A DNA stretch of 64,000 nt from Octopus sinensis (GCF_006345805.1 NC_043015.1:3658001-3722000), one strand, 5' to 3'; positions 42,531 to 56,970 are shown, numbered from the stretch's first letter. Notes: a model not told the origin generated them from the sequence alone. Translations and numbers: made by a program.

Positions 42531-43029
42531 CAGAATTGCATAACATCAGGTAGTAACAATCACTCAACTAGAGATGTATGTATACACAGACGCCCTCTTT
42601 TTTCTTTCTCTCTCCTTGTATATATATATATATATTATATATATATATATATATTAGGACTAAAGTATTTTATTATTCCATATTGTTTAGTTTGTGAGTT
42701 CTGTGAGAATGTAGACCCTCTTTCTTTTGGAAGCCAGAACTCAATTTTGACACACAGAGGATGAAAGAAAATGGTATTGTTTTGGTTTTGCCTTGGGTCA
42801 CTTGTGTTCAATCAATCCATGGGTTAAAAAGTGTATTGAAATTATTTTGATAGATAATTCTGCAGCTATTAAGGTGATAATTTTATAAATACATTTATAG
42901 CGTATTATTCGTCAGCTTATAAATATATCTAAGAAGGTTTTTACCTACATTACGCATTCACGTCTGTCGCTGGGCATGAGTCTCAATTTTTGGCAACAAT
43001 TTATCTTTCATCCTAGCTACATATCCTAT

Positions 43030-43440
43030 CCAAATTAATTCAAACCACCCCAAGAAGCCTCACTGGAGACTCTGTCCGATCATGTGAAACCACATATAAT
43101 TCTAAGATATCTCTGGAAGAAAGTATCAGCTATTGTGATATGCTTTTCCTCTGTTGCTCACGATAGATATCCATACGGCAATTTAGAGGCCAATTCACGC
43201 AAAACGAGTGTTTGGTTTTCAAACCCAGGCCTCCCTCATTCCTTACATTTGTTCGCAGTCTTTGGAATGCATCACTAGCGTTGGAGTTCCTATTCACTAC
43301 TTCATGTAAAGAAGCATTAGAAGTGGTTTTATTTCCCTCCTATGGAAGGAGTTTCATACACTTTAGAAGCATGTTGTCCTCACAGTCTTGACGAAATGTC
43401 GCACCATATTTGGTCTAGATAGTGTTATGCCATTTTATTC
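43030..43440 (-). mobile_element. Decayed RTE-clade LINE RT C-terminal region
   Basis: Minus frames give EVVNRNSNASDAFQRLRTNVRNEGGLGLKTK and LPYGYLS*ATEEKHITIADTFFQRYLRIICGFT*SDRVSSE, matching the RTE pattern KASxAFxRL...TK...LLYGxExW...FHQRCLRxI...W.DRV. Confidence 0.75.
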
Positions 43441-44689
43441 GAGAGGTGCCTAATTTGGCTAGTGAATCACTGTTGTATTTTCCACACGTATTATTAAGAC
43501 AAACGCTTGTGCCATTGACGATCACCGACTTATAACTTCTGATGATACCCGGGTAGAATTAGTACTTGTTCTGCACAATCTTCAAACAATTCTAAAATCC
43601 TTTCCGTCTTAGCGTTTACATCTGAATTGGTTGGTAATTGTAGAACACGCCTGTGTTTCTAATTTCGAACAACATTATATTATGATATTCCGTAGGCTTA
43701 ATCTATTATGAAATATATCTATGGACTATATATATTTAAGGCACTTTTGAAGCTCGCTGCCTTTGCACAATTTTATGGAATTCGGCAGTAACAGTATTTC
43801 ATTATTTTTGTTATACTAAACTTATAATGTTTGTTCCATGACTGTACATTTTATGCTTGATGAAAGGAATTGAGAGTCATTTCGCCGAAAAATCTTTGCA
43901 TTATGTTTTCCAGTTGTAGCTATCTTTAAAATTTATTTAATGAATGAACATTTCTTCACATTACATCCGTGTTATTGAGCTCAGCCTTCAGGTATATTAT
44001 GTCTGACTAGAGAGAGGCAGAGGATGTTTTGGTATAATAGTTTCGCGCATTTAGATGGTTTATATCAAATCAATCGTCGTATAACATTACCAGTTCTAAA
44101 GAAAAGGCAAACAACCTTTTATAGCTTTTCTGAAGGTTGTTGCACGGACTAGATTGGGAAACATTGAATAAAGTTAAATAGGAATTGAAATCTTTGGATT
44201 AGATAACGTACGGCACTAACTCAGTTGAATGCACTAAGCTGTTATGTAAAATGCCTCTATGCTAATTATACAATGAAGCACGTTTCGGAATGTGATATGA
44301 AAAAGAATAAATTTTAATCGATAAATTATATATTTATATAACTGTCATCTCATCCTTTTTATCTCCTGATGATATCTTCAATATTCTACATGAAGTCCAC
44401 TGAAACAAACTTACCATTCGAAGCTAGTACCGTTTAACTGGTTAATTTGTACAATACTCAATATTTGTTATCATTCGATGTTGTTAGCTGAATCTGGCTT
44501 TTATTAGTGTGCTCGTAAGCTACCCGTCCATATTTGAAATACCGGTTCCAGATTTACATTGTTTCTTTTCTTTATGCAGGTCAACTATTCCTAAATAAAA
44601 TCGAAACCCCTTGTCCGGTTTTCTTAAAGCTTTTACGGAATGTGTAGGATAATGTATCACATGACTCACGTATTTTTTCGTTTAAACCA

Positions 44690-45506
44690 GTGTGCATTTA
44701 AAGCGCAATGTATTACAAATAGAGATAGCAGAAATCTCAAAAAAATTATGCGCAAGAAATGTGGGGTCTTTTTCTAAGAATCAAGATTCACTAACATACA
44801 AAAGAAAACAACTTTGCACAATACTCAAAGTAAATAGGCAAAGCCATCAATTTCGCAAAATTGTCTCCTTCAAATAACGTACTCAAACAAAAGACAGTGA
44901 CATAGGCAAAACGTTATATGAAGACAGACATTACAATGTAATTTTTACTGACGAGTCCAGAGCAACATCAGCTGAACCTCATGGATGGGCTAGGTATTAC
45001 ATGATGGATGGGCTAGGTATTACATGGAAAAAATCAACCAACACAATTCAGAGGACAGCATGGTCTTGGAGGAATCATGTTTTGGCCTGGTATGGTTGGA
45101 GGGGTTATTATAAGTCCATTTAATCTTGCTGATGGGGTCAAAATAAATGCTTGGTTCATGTCAACATAGTGAGGTTTCAAGTTAAAGATCATATTTATAC
45201 ATAATAGTGCCACTTCAAACTCTTTCAAACTCATTATTTACCATTTAGCTTAGAAAAGTTTCAAAGAGCATAAGATAATGCAATGCTCCCACCACCAATC
45301 TCCAGATCTAAACCCAATAGAGAATTTGTGGTCAAGTATTTGTGATTAATTATTCTAATGGTAAACAGTATCCAAACGAGGATTTACTATGGGAAAGCAT
45401 TAAAAGCTGTTGCAAGAATATTACAAGTGAGATTGTTGAGAAACTGACAAAATCAGTTGATGAGAGAATATTTAAAGTTATAGATGGAGGCAATATAAAG
45501 ATATAA
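44690..45506 (+). mobile_element. Decayed Tc1-like transposase
   Basis: VIFTDESRAT, GGIMFWPGMVGG...GVKIN, DNA, SPDLNPIENLWS, SVDERIFKVI motifs across frameshifts; no TIRs recognised. Confidence 0.85.
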
Positions 45507-45769
45507 AATACATACATAACTGTTTGTAAATATGAAGGAAGACAGACGTATATCGGGTACACTTAAATATCTCTAAAATGTTAGTATTATTAAGATAGAG
45601 ACAGAGATAAAGATAGATAGCTTTCTGTATTAGCCACACAGAGATGGACAAAGAGGGGACAAATACAAATGTAGAGCTATTCTTTACGAAGATGGAAAAG
45701 GAAAAAAAAGTGAACCAAATGTAAAATATGTGTATATATATATATATATATAATATATATATATGTATA

Positions 45770-45990
45770 TAAAGTTAATCCAAACATGAAAACACAAAGA
45801 GAAAACACAACAACGCGAGGACGTGGGACAAATATAGTATTATTGAACGCTCAAGAAGGAAGGGAAGAAGGAGGGTTTAACGTTTCGAGTGGAGCACTTC
45901 TTCGGAAACATAGCAGAAGGAAAGATCCAGAGAAGGGAAGACAGAGGAAAAGGTCGCCAACGGTACACACGCGGTCACATTTTGAATGTA
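45770..45990 (-). mobile_element. Penelope-type terminal fragment with a minimal hammerhead motif at 45875-45909
   Basis: Minus strand GTTT CCGAAGA AGTG ctc CACT C GAA ACGT T AAAC (U4 replaced by C, palindromic ACGT stem III). Sits between two (TA)n tracts. Confidence 0.6.
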
Positions 45991-46020
45991 TATATACATA
46001 AATATATATATATATGTATT

Positions 46021-46113
<93 letters not shown>

Positions 46114-46892
46114 TACAAAGCTATATAGATTGGTAGATAAGTAGATAGACTGACGGACAATGGGACATATATTTAGTTATATAGATAGATAGCTAGATAG
46201 GGAGACACATAGATAGATATATATAGATAGATAGACATATACGTAGATAGATGGATAGATATATAGACTTACATACAGATAGAGCGAAAGAGAGAGGAGA
46301 GAAATGAGAGCGTATACGTGTATACGTACATAAGTACACGAATGGAGAATTATATAGATCTGCATGCGATGTGTAAGAGTTTGTGAGCGAGTTTCTTATT
46401 CCAACATTGAGCCATGCTGCTTTTGATGAATTCCAATCTCATTTCCTTAGAACTACAAGCTGTGAAGCAAAAGAAGTCATGCCTACGTATCTTGTGCGTG
46501 GCAATGATTATCGTTCACTATTGTGTGAAAATATTCAAAATAATTTACGTCAAATCATCATTCATCAAATAGCTTTTCAACACGAAATTTTAATGCAAGT
46601 GCACTTAGTTGAATTGACTGCTAAATGAAATTGGATGTTTGAAAAACAGAAATGCGTGTTCTTACACATCCATTAAATAATAGATGATTGGTTATTCGAA
46701 TTTTCTTTTAATTCAATAATTAGAATTAATTTTGCTGCTTAAGTATTATTCAATATGCTTCTATAGCTGTGCTCTTTTCAGTTTGGATTAACTTATATAA
46801 TGATGTATGACAAATCTGAATCTTATTAAACCATCCTTATTATTTGCGTAATATTCTAGGAATTTTCAACATAATTTTTCAATATATTTCGG

Positions 46893-46934
<42 letters not shown>

Positions 46935-47151
46935 ATATAAATCCTGTTCAATTTATCATTGTTATTTTCAATATAGAACCTATCATAGTGATGGTGTAAC
47001 GTCATACACTCCAATACTTTTAAGGGTTTGCATTTAAAAGTGCCTTATAACAATGTGGCAGTCTTTAATTTAATATCTACAATGATGTAATTACCGAAAA
47101 TTAGGTTGCTCTGATATATATATATATATATATCTATATATATATATATAT

Positions 47152-47188
<37 letters not shown>

Positions 47189-47238
47189 TATATATATATA
47201 TGTATATATATGTATATATATCTATGTATACACACACA

Positions 47239-47276
<38 letters not shown>

Positions 47277-47299
47277 ACGCGCTTTCCGTCGTGCAACGT

Positions 47300-47900
47300 G
47301 GTTCGTTTTGCTTCGTGGAAGCCTTTTGACAACTTCCCATGTATTAGAAAGCGAAACGACCTATGTTACACGTCGAGAACAATTTTGGGATAAGCGTCTG
47401 ATGGTTCAAGAAATTTGCTTACAATTGGCGGTAACTTGAATAGTGCCAAATACATCGATTTGCTGAAAGAGAATTCGATTCCAGACTTGGATGATGGTGA
47501 GAGTTTTAAGTATGACGAAACACCATGTCACACATCACGCGCAGCACAACATAATCTGGCTCATAAAGGTGTTATTCTATTGAAAACTTGGTTTTCTGTG
47601 GACCCTGGTTTAAATATCATCGAGCAAATGCGACCAGAACTGAAGAGAAGAACTTGCCACAAGAATCTAGTCAATCTTGAAGAGCTGCTGGTGACATCTG
47701 AGACCTGTGAAGATAGTGAAGGATTTGTATGCAACTGTTGCCAGGTTCATTGATGCAATCATTCAGTCAAAGAGAAACCACACGAAATATTAACAATAAA
47801 GCAGTATCTTATTGAAACGAACATTTTGTGAAAAATTTTCACTGGAGACATTTCATTAGTTTATGTCAAGTGCCCGAAAATTATTATTCGGCCATTTTTA
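47300..47900 (+). mobile_element. 3' half of a decayed Tc1-like (DD34E-type) transposon
   Basis: ORF 47415..47753: [12 protein letters not shown]...YDETPCHTSR...WFSVDPGLNIIEQ...ELKRR, then IIQSKRNHTKY*. Possible 3' TIR remnant gtgcccgaaaattattattcggcca at about 47870-47894. Confidence 0.85.
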
Positions 47901-49004
47901 ATTTTGAATCTAGCATTTTTGTCTCTCATTCAGAATCCCTACGAAAAAATATAATGATTAAATATGGATCCCACGATAAATTATATACTACGATTCCTAA
48001 AGAAATAACACGTGATTTTTCTTCCGCTTACGTTTGCCGAGTTAATGTAGCCTATGCAAGTTTAAATGCTGATTCATTGTTGAATCAAACACGAATCCTC
48101 AATAAGAATTAGCAAAGTATATTGAAAATGTATTTTCTTTTTTAAAGAAGAATGATTTTATAATATATTTTGTTATATTTTATACAACTTAGTTCAATAT
48201 TAAATTTTAGTGTAATTAAATTAAGTATATAATTTAATTATTGACCAATTAGTGAATTATTAAATTGATTAATAATTTAATAGTTGTGTAAAAGTGTATA
48301 TAAGAATGATTTTATCTAATTTTCTAATGAATTGTATGTTTGTTTTCAGGGTACCCTCGGACTCTCACCTCCCTCTTGCTTGCTCATCATAGTTTGAATA
48401 CTTCACACAGCCCTTATTAATTATAGGTTTTCGTATGTGAAGAAACAGTTTTCCTGGCCACTTGGGTCAAGTTTGAATGATTGATCAATGATTTAACTTA
48501 GTGGATGAACCTTTCCGCCCTGGCCTCTAACGCTAAGGACCTAGATGGAATATTTATGATAATTAAAATATGTTATAAAAAAACATTAGTGGTGGGACAA
48601 AATGAAGTAAAATAAAGTAGATACTTGCATACTTACGACGCAGAAAAAATATAGTTAAACAAAGTACGGGAACAAGAGGATGAGATAAGCAGAGTCAGAG
48701 GGAGAGAGAAGTGGTATAATTTGACAAAGCAAAAATGAAAAATAAATCTGAAAGAGACTTGTGCGGATGTTAACCATTTAGTGTGGACGTTGTTGATTGG
48801 ATGGATTTTCCATGTAGTCAATAATGATGAAATACAATTTTGATTAATATCTATTGCTTTGCCTTCTGCGCACTCCATTATGTATGTATGTATGTGTGGC
48901 AGCTTTAAAATTTTGAGCCCATTACGTATGAAGGAATCATATGTACCACTAACTATTACGAATCAGACATACAACACTGAAAATCTAATATTCATCTGTT
49001 CTTT

Positions 49005-49056
<52 letters not shown>

Positions 49057-49144
49057 GGGAGTAATAGTTAGTGCATAAGGATGATCCATCACAAATATAA
49101 AGACATATACACGTATTTCTTGTATATATGATAAATGATTTACC

Positions 49145-49301
49145 AACAAGCACTTCAACACATACCGAAAATTTAAAAATAGCGGCCAAAAGACCGTTAT
49201 TTCTTTTTTCTATAAAATATGACATATTTTGTAAAAAAAAAAGAATAACGGTATTTTGGGTGCTATTTCTAAATTTTCGTTATGTGGTGAAGTAACTTGT
49301 T
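49145..49301. repeat. Imperfect fold-back of the 3' module of the 590-nt element family
   Basis: aacaagcacttcaacacataccgaaaatttaaaaatagc ... gctatttctaaattttcgttatgtggtgaagtaacttgtt; centre at about 49222. Confidence 0.75.
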
Positions 49302-49596
49302 AAACCTTTAATTATTGTCATAATTATATATATATTAAAAACATTCTTGATTAAGTTTTTAACGAATATGGTTCCGTTCCATAACGAAACTACTTGGTAA
49401 AATTTATTGATATATTAGATTGATAATTCTTTACCCTATACCTGTAAGTGATTATATATATGTATGTATATATGTATGTATTTGTGTATGTAGTCAGTAT
49501 GTATGTGTGTATGTATGTATATATATGTGTGTGGGCACTGTGTATTTTACAAATAAATATATTTATTTACATGTTGATCTCTTTGGCTCTATATTT

Positions 49597-49651
49597 TTCA
49601 AACTTAGCTTTGTGGGCTCCAATATGGCTCCCGTTGAGAGGCCCTGGTCTA

Positions 49652-49701
<50 letters not shown>

Positions 49702-49757
49702 CTAGACCAGGGCCTCTCCTCGAGAGCCATATGGGGGCTCAGAAAGCTAAGTTTGAA
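49597..49757. repeat. Inverted repeat (56-bp arms) enclosing a (TA)n tract
   Basis: ttcaaacttagcttt ... gagaggccctggtctag (49597-49652), then (TA)n, then ctagaccagggcctctc ... aaagctaagtttgaa (49702-49757). Confidence 0.9.
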
Positions 49758-49797
<40 letters not shown>

Positions 49798-52067
49798 TTA
49801 TATATGCCTAAATGCATACAGACACAAACATATTAGTAAGCATCGTTTATAAAATGACTTATGCTCGATTAAAGAGACAGGTTCTACAGTGCTTCAACAA
49901 TATTAGGTACATACAATAATTCAAGTTAGCCTTCATCTTGTCTGTTCGTGAAAGCTACTCTTCGCATAACTGTATAACTGAATCTAATCATGTATGAAGC
50001 GTACTGCATATATGTTTTAATATAGAAGCTTCGATCTACCGACTGTGTGCAATATTTGAGAACTCTCTGGCACTCGGAAGAGTTTCATCCTCATAGCAGA
50101 CACTTTTCTATGTTTTGAGAGTCTTTCCTTGCTATTTATTATGAAGGGCCTTATAAAATTCTTTACATCTTACATTGCGTTCTTCTTTAAATTGCATTAA
50201 TAATTGATATTTACTAAAATTTTACCATTCATTTCAAAACAAATCTCAAAATGTAAGGCTCTACATTATTCACTAATTACATTACTTCAGTTAACTCCAT
50301 CTACATCAACATCTAAATTCGACATACTAGTTCAGGTATGTTTGTCAAGTAGATATATATACTCTAATCCAATTACCTTCGCACAATTTATCTTTCGTTT
50401 AGGATATATGGTAAGTAGATTATTTACGTATAAATGAAACTATGTGTAAGAGAATCTGAAGCTAGAAAAATATCGAGAAATGGTGAAATTTTGTCAAATT
50501 TTTCTCTTCATAGCTGAAATGTAAAGACCTGTTTGCTTTACTTGCTGATTTTGTGGGGGAACTATTCCCTTGCCATGCTGTAACCGTAACAATAAATGGA
50601 TTATCTAAAAACAGAAGCGTACATTAATTGTCTAAATCGGTAAGGCTAATTTCTTCTGAAATATGAACGTTTGGTTACTGAATGTTTAATATATAAGATA
50701 CATATATATATATATATGATATGGAATTATATCATGATAGTGCAATATCACTGGAACTTATCAATCCAGGTGACATATGTTGGACCGAACCCATCGATGG
50801 GACCCTTTTTGTGATATACATATTCGAATCAACTACCATTAACAAGTTGGGGCCTCCGTCAAACAACTGAGTTTAAATTATATAGAATAAGGGGTTGGGA
50901 TATTCAGTTGCATGAGATTGTGGATTAAGCAGTTACAATGAAGCAGTTTGCGGTGGACATGCTTATATGCAGATGGTATTATGGTTTGATAGGCTTTCGC
51001 ATTTGATTTGCGAAAGACACCATTGTTGTATGCAAGTATGGCATGGAGGTAGTTGCTGTAAAAATTTGAATAGGCAACGAATAGGGTTCTGTAAATGTAC
51101 AATGGGTGTGTGGTGAGTGTAATGTTTATAAGAGGTGAAATCGCTGAAAGCAACGATTCCTCGCGGAAGAGGTATGATTACATATATTCTTAAGGAAGGA
51201 GGCTACGAGATGAAACCACTGTTTTTTTTTAAGGAAAGACAAGAGAGATGAAACGAGCACATGGTTTTGAGAGAACGACAGAAATCAACTTTAATTCTGA
51301 GGACGCTGAACGCTTTGTTACTGAAATCCAGTTTTTTTTTTGTTCATATATAATATTTGATTTCAGTGATAACTTAAATAAACCGCAGCATTTAACACGG
51401 CACTATTAGCAAAAAGGAAACAAATATCAGCATTTGCAATTAAGCAAATTTGCAATGCGGTAAGAATAAATTATTGAGACGAAAATGAATTTCACACGAT
51501 CTCTGGACGTACGATTTTCAACACGAAATAGTTGATAATTTATTATGCAAGTATGTATTCAACTGAGACGTTTGACGAATAGATCATAATTTACATCTTT
51601 ACACTTTGGGCTGCTTCATCCGCTCGTCATAATTTTACATTTGTATCTATAATTACGTATTATAGACAAAATCAAAAACCGCCAGCTTCAGGTCTGTGAA
51701 TAGCTTGAAAAGATAGCTGCGGTGAAACACGTTTTCAATCCACTTTTAGTCAGATGCCAAAGGTTGGTGGATGTACAAATGAACGTTTCGAAGATCACAA
51801 TTCAGTGCTGTCGTGTAATAACGTATATATGTCTTATATATTAAACTTTTCAGTAAACAAACGTTCGTATTTCATAACAAATTATCCTTCCCGATTTAGA
51901 TAATTCATGTATGCTTCTGTTTTTAGATAATGCATACACTGTTACGGTTACCGTATGACAAAGAAATAGTCCCCGCATGAAATCAGCATGTAAAACAAAT
52001 AGGTTTTTATATTTCAGTTATGTAGAGATAAATTGGTAAAAAATTTACAAGAATGACAGTACAGAGT

Positions 52068-54385
52068 TGTTAAACATTATTGCGTCAATAGCCAAATATT
52101 GGTCCAGGGAAAAGAGTCACCAGACGTATAAATTGAATAGTTACCAAGATGTATAATTTGAAGATGTGACTCCTTGATAACTGAGAGTTCAATGCTGGAG
52201 ATGGCGATCATATTTCTTTCTGAAACGCCAGCGTTTCTCTGTGCCGATCGAAACAAAAGGGGAGGTAACTTGTTTTATTTCTTTGAGAATAACTAAAACT
52301 CAATCATTACAATACTATAGTTCAGAAAAATGCATTCTCATAAGACTTTCCCCTTTAAAGAGAAGAATGTCTCACAAACGTTATGTTACAATAATAATGA
52401 TAATATAATGAACGTTATAGCCATAACACTGAAGTACCAGTTACATTGCAGATGCATCATACGGCATCAAACAAATATAATAGTAATATTCTGAATTTCA
52501 CAATCTAGAAAACGCATCAGCATAAACATCGTCTTTCTTCTTAATATGTCTTACTACAAGATTGAACCAGCGCAAATTAATACTTCACTTGATAAGTCAC
52601 TAATTTTTGTTCTTTATTGTATGTAGACACAAGAGATTGTGGTCAGTAAAGACTTCAATGGAATAAGTAGAGGCAACATGGTGCACTTCGAAATGTTGTA
52701 AAGCTAAGGAAGGACTTAATGTCTCTTTCCCAATTCCTCTGGTGCTTATCAAACTTCTTGGAAAAATAACAAATTGGGGATGATCAATTCCTGAATCATC
52801 TTCTTGAATCAGAATACCACTTGCATCAATTTATAATTTAAACGGTTTTTCAAAATTTGGTGCCAGCAAAACTGGAGAATTCCAGAGAATGGAAATGGCT
52901 CGTTCAACTGCAGCCTGACCACTGCGACCCCACTGAAATTCAACCCTTTTACATACAAGTGACAATACCACATCAGAGAAATTGTGACAAAACGTTTTAT
53001 TTTAGCCTGCCACTACCAAGAAACTCATGAGGTACACCGATGTATTAGAAACTGAGAAATTGAATTTTAACACGAACAGACTGAACCTGACCCAGGCCTA
53101 TAACATGCCCTAAAAACATAGCGTCATCCCCAGTTAGTTCACACTTGGCAAGATGCACAGTTAATTCTGCTTTAGTCTTTCGATAAAAGCGCGAATTCTC
53201 TTCAGATGGCCGTCCCCCTCCATGGTGTAAGTGACGACAACATCCATATAGGGTCCGACACCGTCAAGAGCCGATGTGATGTGGTTGACGAGCCATATGA
53301 TGTTGCTGGCGCATATTTAGTACTGAATGCCATCCCTTTGTTCTGATATAGTCCATGTCGTATTGTAAATGCATATATTCTCTTCACAGTCTGCGTTTGT
53401 AAGCTTCCAGAATCCCTTGAATAGGTCAAACTTACTTATGCATTGAGCTTGACCAATGTAATCAATACCATCGTCCACTCTTCGAATTGGATAAGAATCA
53501 GTTCTTGAGAGCGCATTGAAGACTTTCATCTCGGCACAACAGGGTCAGCGATCTACACCACTCTTTGACACAAGTACACAACACGAACTCCACGAACTCT
53601 CACTGGGTTCAACAATATCATTGTCAACTATATATTTCACTTCCTTCCGCAGAGTTTCACTTTTCACAGGATTCATCCGATACGGATGTTGTTAAACAGG
53701 CACAGAATCACCTATATCTACGTAATGACTAACAATATCAGTTCAGCTAGTCAGATCAGGAAATAAATGAGAGACTTAATTAATCAAATCTGACAATACA
53801 GTTTTCTGCTCAAGGGATAAATGTGTCAATTTCTTATCAAGGTTAGTTAATACATCAGAATTTCTTCATTTAGGTGAAACATTAGCCCTAAGGTTATAAA
53901 ACATCACAATGATAACATCATCCTCATCATCATCAACATTGTATACCTATTCAACTTTGTCTACAGTACAACCCGTATCGGGGGCGAGTATCACAATATA
54001 AGAGACCTGTTTGGTTTCTACCCTGTTATGGTATGACTTAAACATCTTTGCATTTCACAACCTTATTTTCTTAAGAGGGCCAGGAGTCAGGACAATATAG
54101 CCTGTGTCGCTAACCTCTTTATCGATGCGATATGGAGCATCAATTCTAGCTCTCAGAGGTTGGCCAGAAATGGGAAGTAAAATTAACACATTGTCACCAG
54201 GAATTTCTTTTTTTGTTGTCTGTCATAATTTTGTTACATTTTTCCTAGTGAAGCTTTCAGGTTTTTTTCTGGTCATCTCACATGCTTTCGAATGTCTATT
54301 CCGAAATGTGGAAACATAGTCCAAAAGACTGATCTCATGATCGCGATTGAGCCATTGTTTTAATGGCCCACACACACTATGTACA
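52068..54385 (-). mobile_element. Decayed, 5'-truncated Gmr1-like Ty3/gypsy LTR retrotransposon (IN-RT-RH-PPT-LTR)
   Basis: Minus strand: integrase C-term (GPLKQWL...SLLDYVSTFR...GDNVLILLPISGQPLRARIDAPY), then RT (QHPYRMNP, TDSYPIRRVDD, SKFDLFKGFW, YMDV, FLGHV), then RNase H (APNFEKPFKL*IDAS, CYFSKKF, FTDHN, ADAFSR). PPT AAAGGGGAAAG at 52346-52356; putative LTR 52345-52068 (TCTTA...AACA). Confidence 0.88.
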
Positions 54386-55729
54386 AAAGCATATCACATT
54401 AATGACAAATGCAAGATGAAATAAAGTGCAAAAATATATGTTAGAGAAAAAAATTACTTATGTTTAAAAGGCAGACCATATAAAGAATATTATCAGATGT
54501 TATAGAATAGATGTGATTGAAGAAAATATTCATTAAATATATATGCTCCAGCCTGAGAAAATTAAACCTGAATACAGCGAATCCAAGGATGGCAGATTCA
54601 GCAACAGGTATGGTACAACTACTAGATATATGTCAGGAAGATACATAGACGACTGATTAACCTGAGAACAAGCATAACAAAATGTGCGCACAATCTAGGT
54701 ATTTACATAAGCAATTTTAAATCTTTTCACGTGCATGTTACTAATTTGGCAAGATGATACAAGCGGCCGCCCGCCCGCAAGGATCCTTAGATCTTTCAGA
54801 ACGAGAGGCTATTATAGTCTGCCATATATCTTTGTGTTACCAGTCTCCATCCAAGTATCATCACCACAGTGTTTAGAATTTGGAGAAGTATTGAAAGCAA
54901 TCCAGTGAAGCAACCAAAATAAAACCGTTTAAATATGATTTGTCATCTACCGGAAAAAGGCTTAAAACGTTAAGAATGGTGTCAGGGACGAAGACGAGAA
55001 AGCTACCCATTCGGGAATTCCTAGAAGGACAAATACTAAACTTTGACATTGAAAGTGATGCATACAACTGAACGGAGTGCCACTGCATGCTGCCACAAAT
55101 ACCCAAAACATGATCAATATGCAGAACTAGATTCTAAAAGGTTTGGGTTCCAAGTGCCTACGCATCTTCGGTATCCTTTCACAATCCTGAGTGACCTACA
55201 TAGGGTGAATATATGTGTTTTCAAACAAAATTCTATCTCGCCATATTATCGATATCAGGAGAAACCACTTCGCTGAGGGAAACGCAAATGAAGACCACAA
55301 CATCAAACTCTCTAATTCAAGAACTGGCATAAATCAAAGAAGGATTGAAAAGACAAAAGTGTTGTACAATCAATACCTGTGTAACCTAGCTCCTGAGTTG
55401 AAGTGAAAATAGACATGACTATGCGTGTTCGTGTGTCTGTGATATGTATTTATGAATATACTTAACAACTGCATATAATGTAACTGAAAAGAATAAAAAG
55501 CGCGTTTCAAATTCTTTGTTTTCTTTGAGTTTGTTCAAGAATCAATAATGATGGTGTCGTTGATTTTGACGAAAGGAAATACATGCAGAAAGTATTTACT
55601 TTCCTTTCACAAAGACGGTAATTTTTAGCACATGTTTGTTCAGCTCACGAAAACTTAATACGCATAAATACATTTAGATACATGTGTGTGCGTGCGTACG
55701 TGTGTGTGCTTTCATATGTACATATGTAT

Positions 55730-56249
55730 ATACATAAGCATATATATACACACATGTATATATATATATATATTATATATATATATATATATATACATAT
55801 ATATATGAGTTCATATGTACATATAGATATATATGTATGTATATGTGTATATCATGTTATGTTTGCTTACTCTTAAAAATGGACCACGCTAAAAGGCAAT
55901 TAATTTTAAAGAAACATATCAATTGTAGAGATCCATAAAACCCATATTTTCAATCCGCGTTTTATTGTAAACAAACTTCGTATAATTGTAAAATATAAAA
56001 AAGACAGGAATGGAGAGGACATCACATTACAAATAGAAAAAAAAGCAAAATATATATTAAAAAATCATGAGTACATTTTCAGTTGGACAGGAAATTCAAT
56101 TTCAAATTTAAATCTAAACGCGTTTTGCCTCATCTATTGCATATATGCTGTTTGCAGTGATGCTTATTGATACGCACTTACACCCATACAGATGCATGCT
56201 CATAGATTAATACATACATCCATACAGGCATGCACTCGTACACACACAT

Positions 56250-56280
<31 letters not shown>

Positions 56281-56293
56281 CATATATATGAGC

Positions 56294-56362
<69 letters not shown>

Positions 56363-56870
56363 ACACTCACACACAGACATATGTATTTACAACTATAATT
56401 ATATTCATATACAACTGTGTGCGCCTGTGTATGTATATGTATATAAATTTGTATTTTGAATCGCTCGCACATTGGATTTATTGATTTACTGTATGTAATC
56501 TTTACTCCTATGTTCTTTCTCTATTATTTTTATATCTTTGAAAATCATCTTCACTATTACAGTTCTGTGTAATACGTTCTTATTTTCCGTTTTATTTTTA
56601 ATCATTCTATCAATTTACACTCTAATCTCTTCTACACGTATCTTTCTAGCTTTTATTTCAATTTTCTATTATATTCATCTTTTCTCTCACTTCAAATATA
56701 TCATAGATTTGTAAATTATTCGCCTAGCCTTTCGTCTTTTTATAACATAGCATTATTTGAGCTTCTCTCTATTTCTACGCATGCATGAATATATATATTT
56801 AAACTTTAAACACTAACATTAAAACATAAAGAATCATAATTCTTATATTCTAAATACATACGCACACACG

Positions 56871-56967
<97 letters not shown>

Positions 56968-56970
56968 GCA
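55730..56970. repeat. Cluster of (TA)n/(CA)n microsatellites
   Basis: Tracts at about 55730-55850, 56240-56370 and 56870-56970. Confidence 0.9.

Noticed and set aside
51778-51808. CTGAATT...GAAACGTT on the minus strand
   Set aside because: G8/A9 absent and no stem I; chance match.
54760-55410. GC-richer segment with short ORFs, vaguely like a LINE 3' region
   Set aside because: Motif matches too weak to assign.
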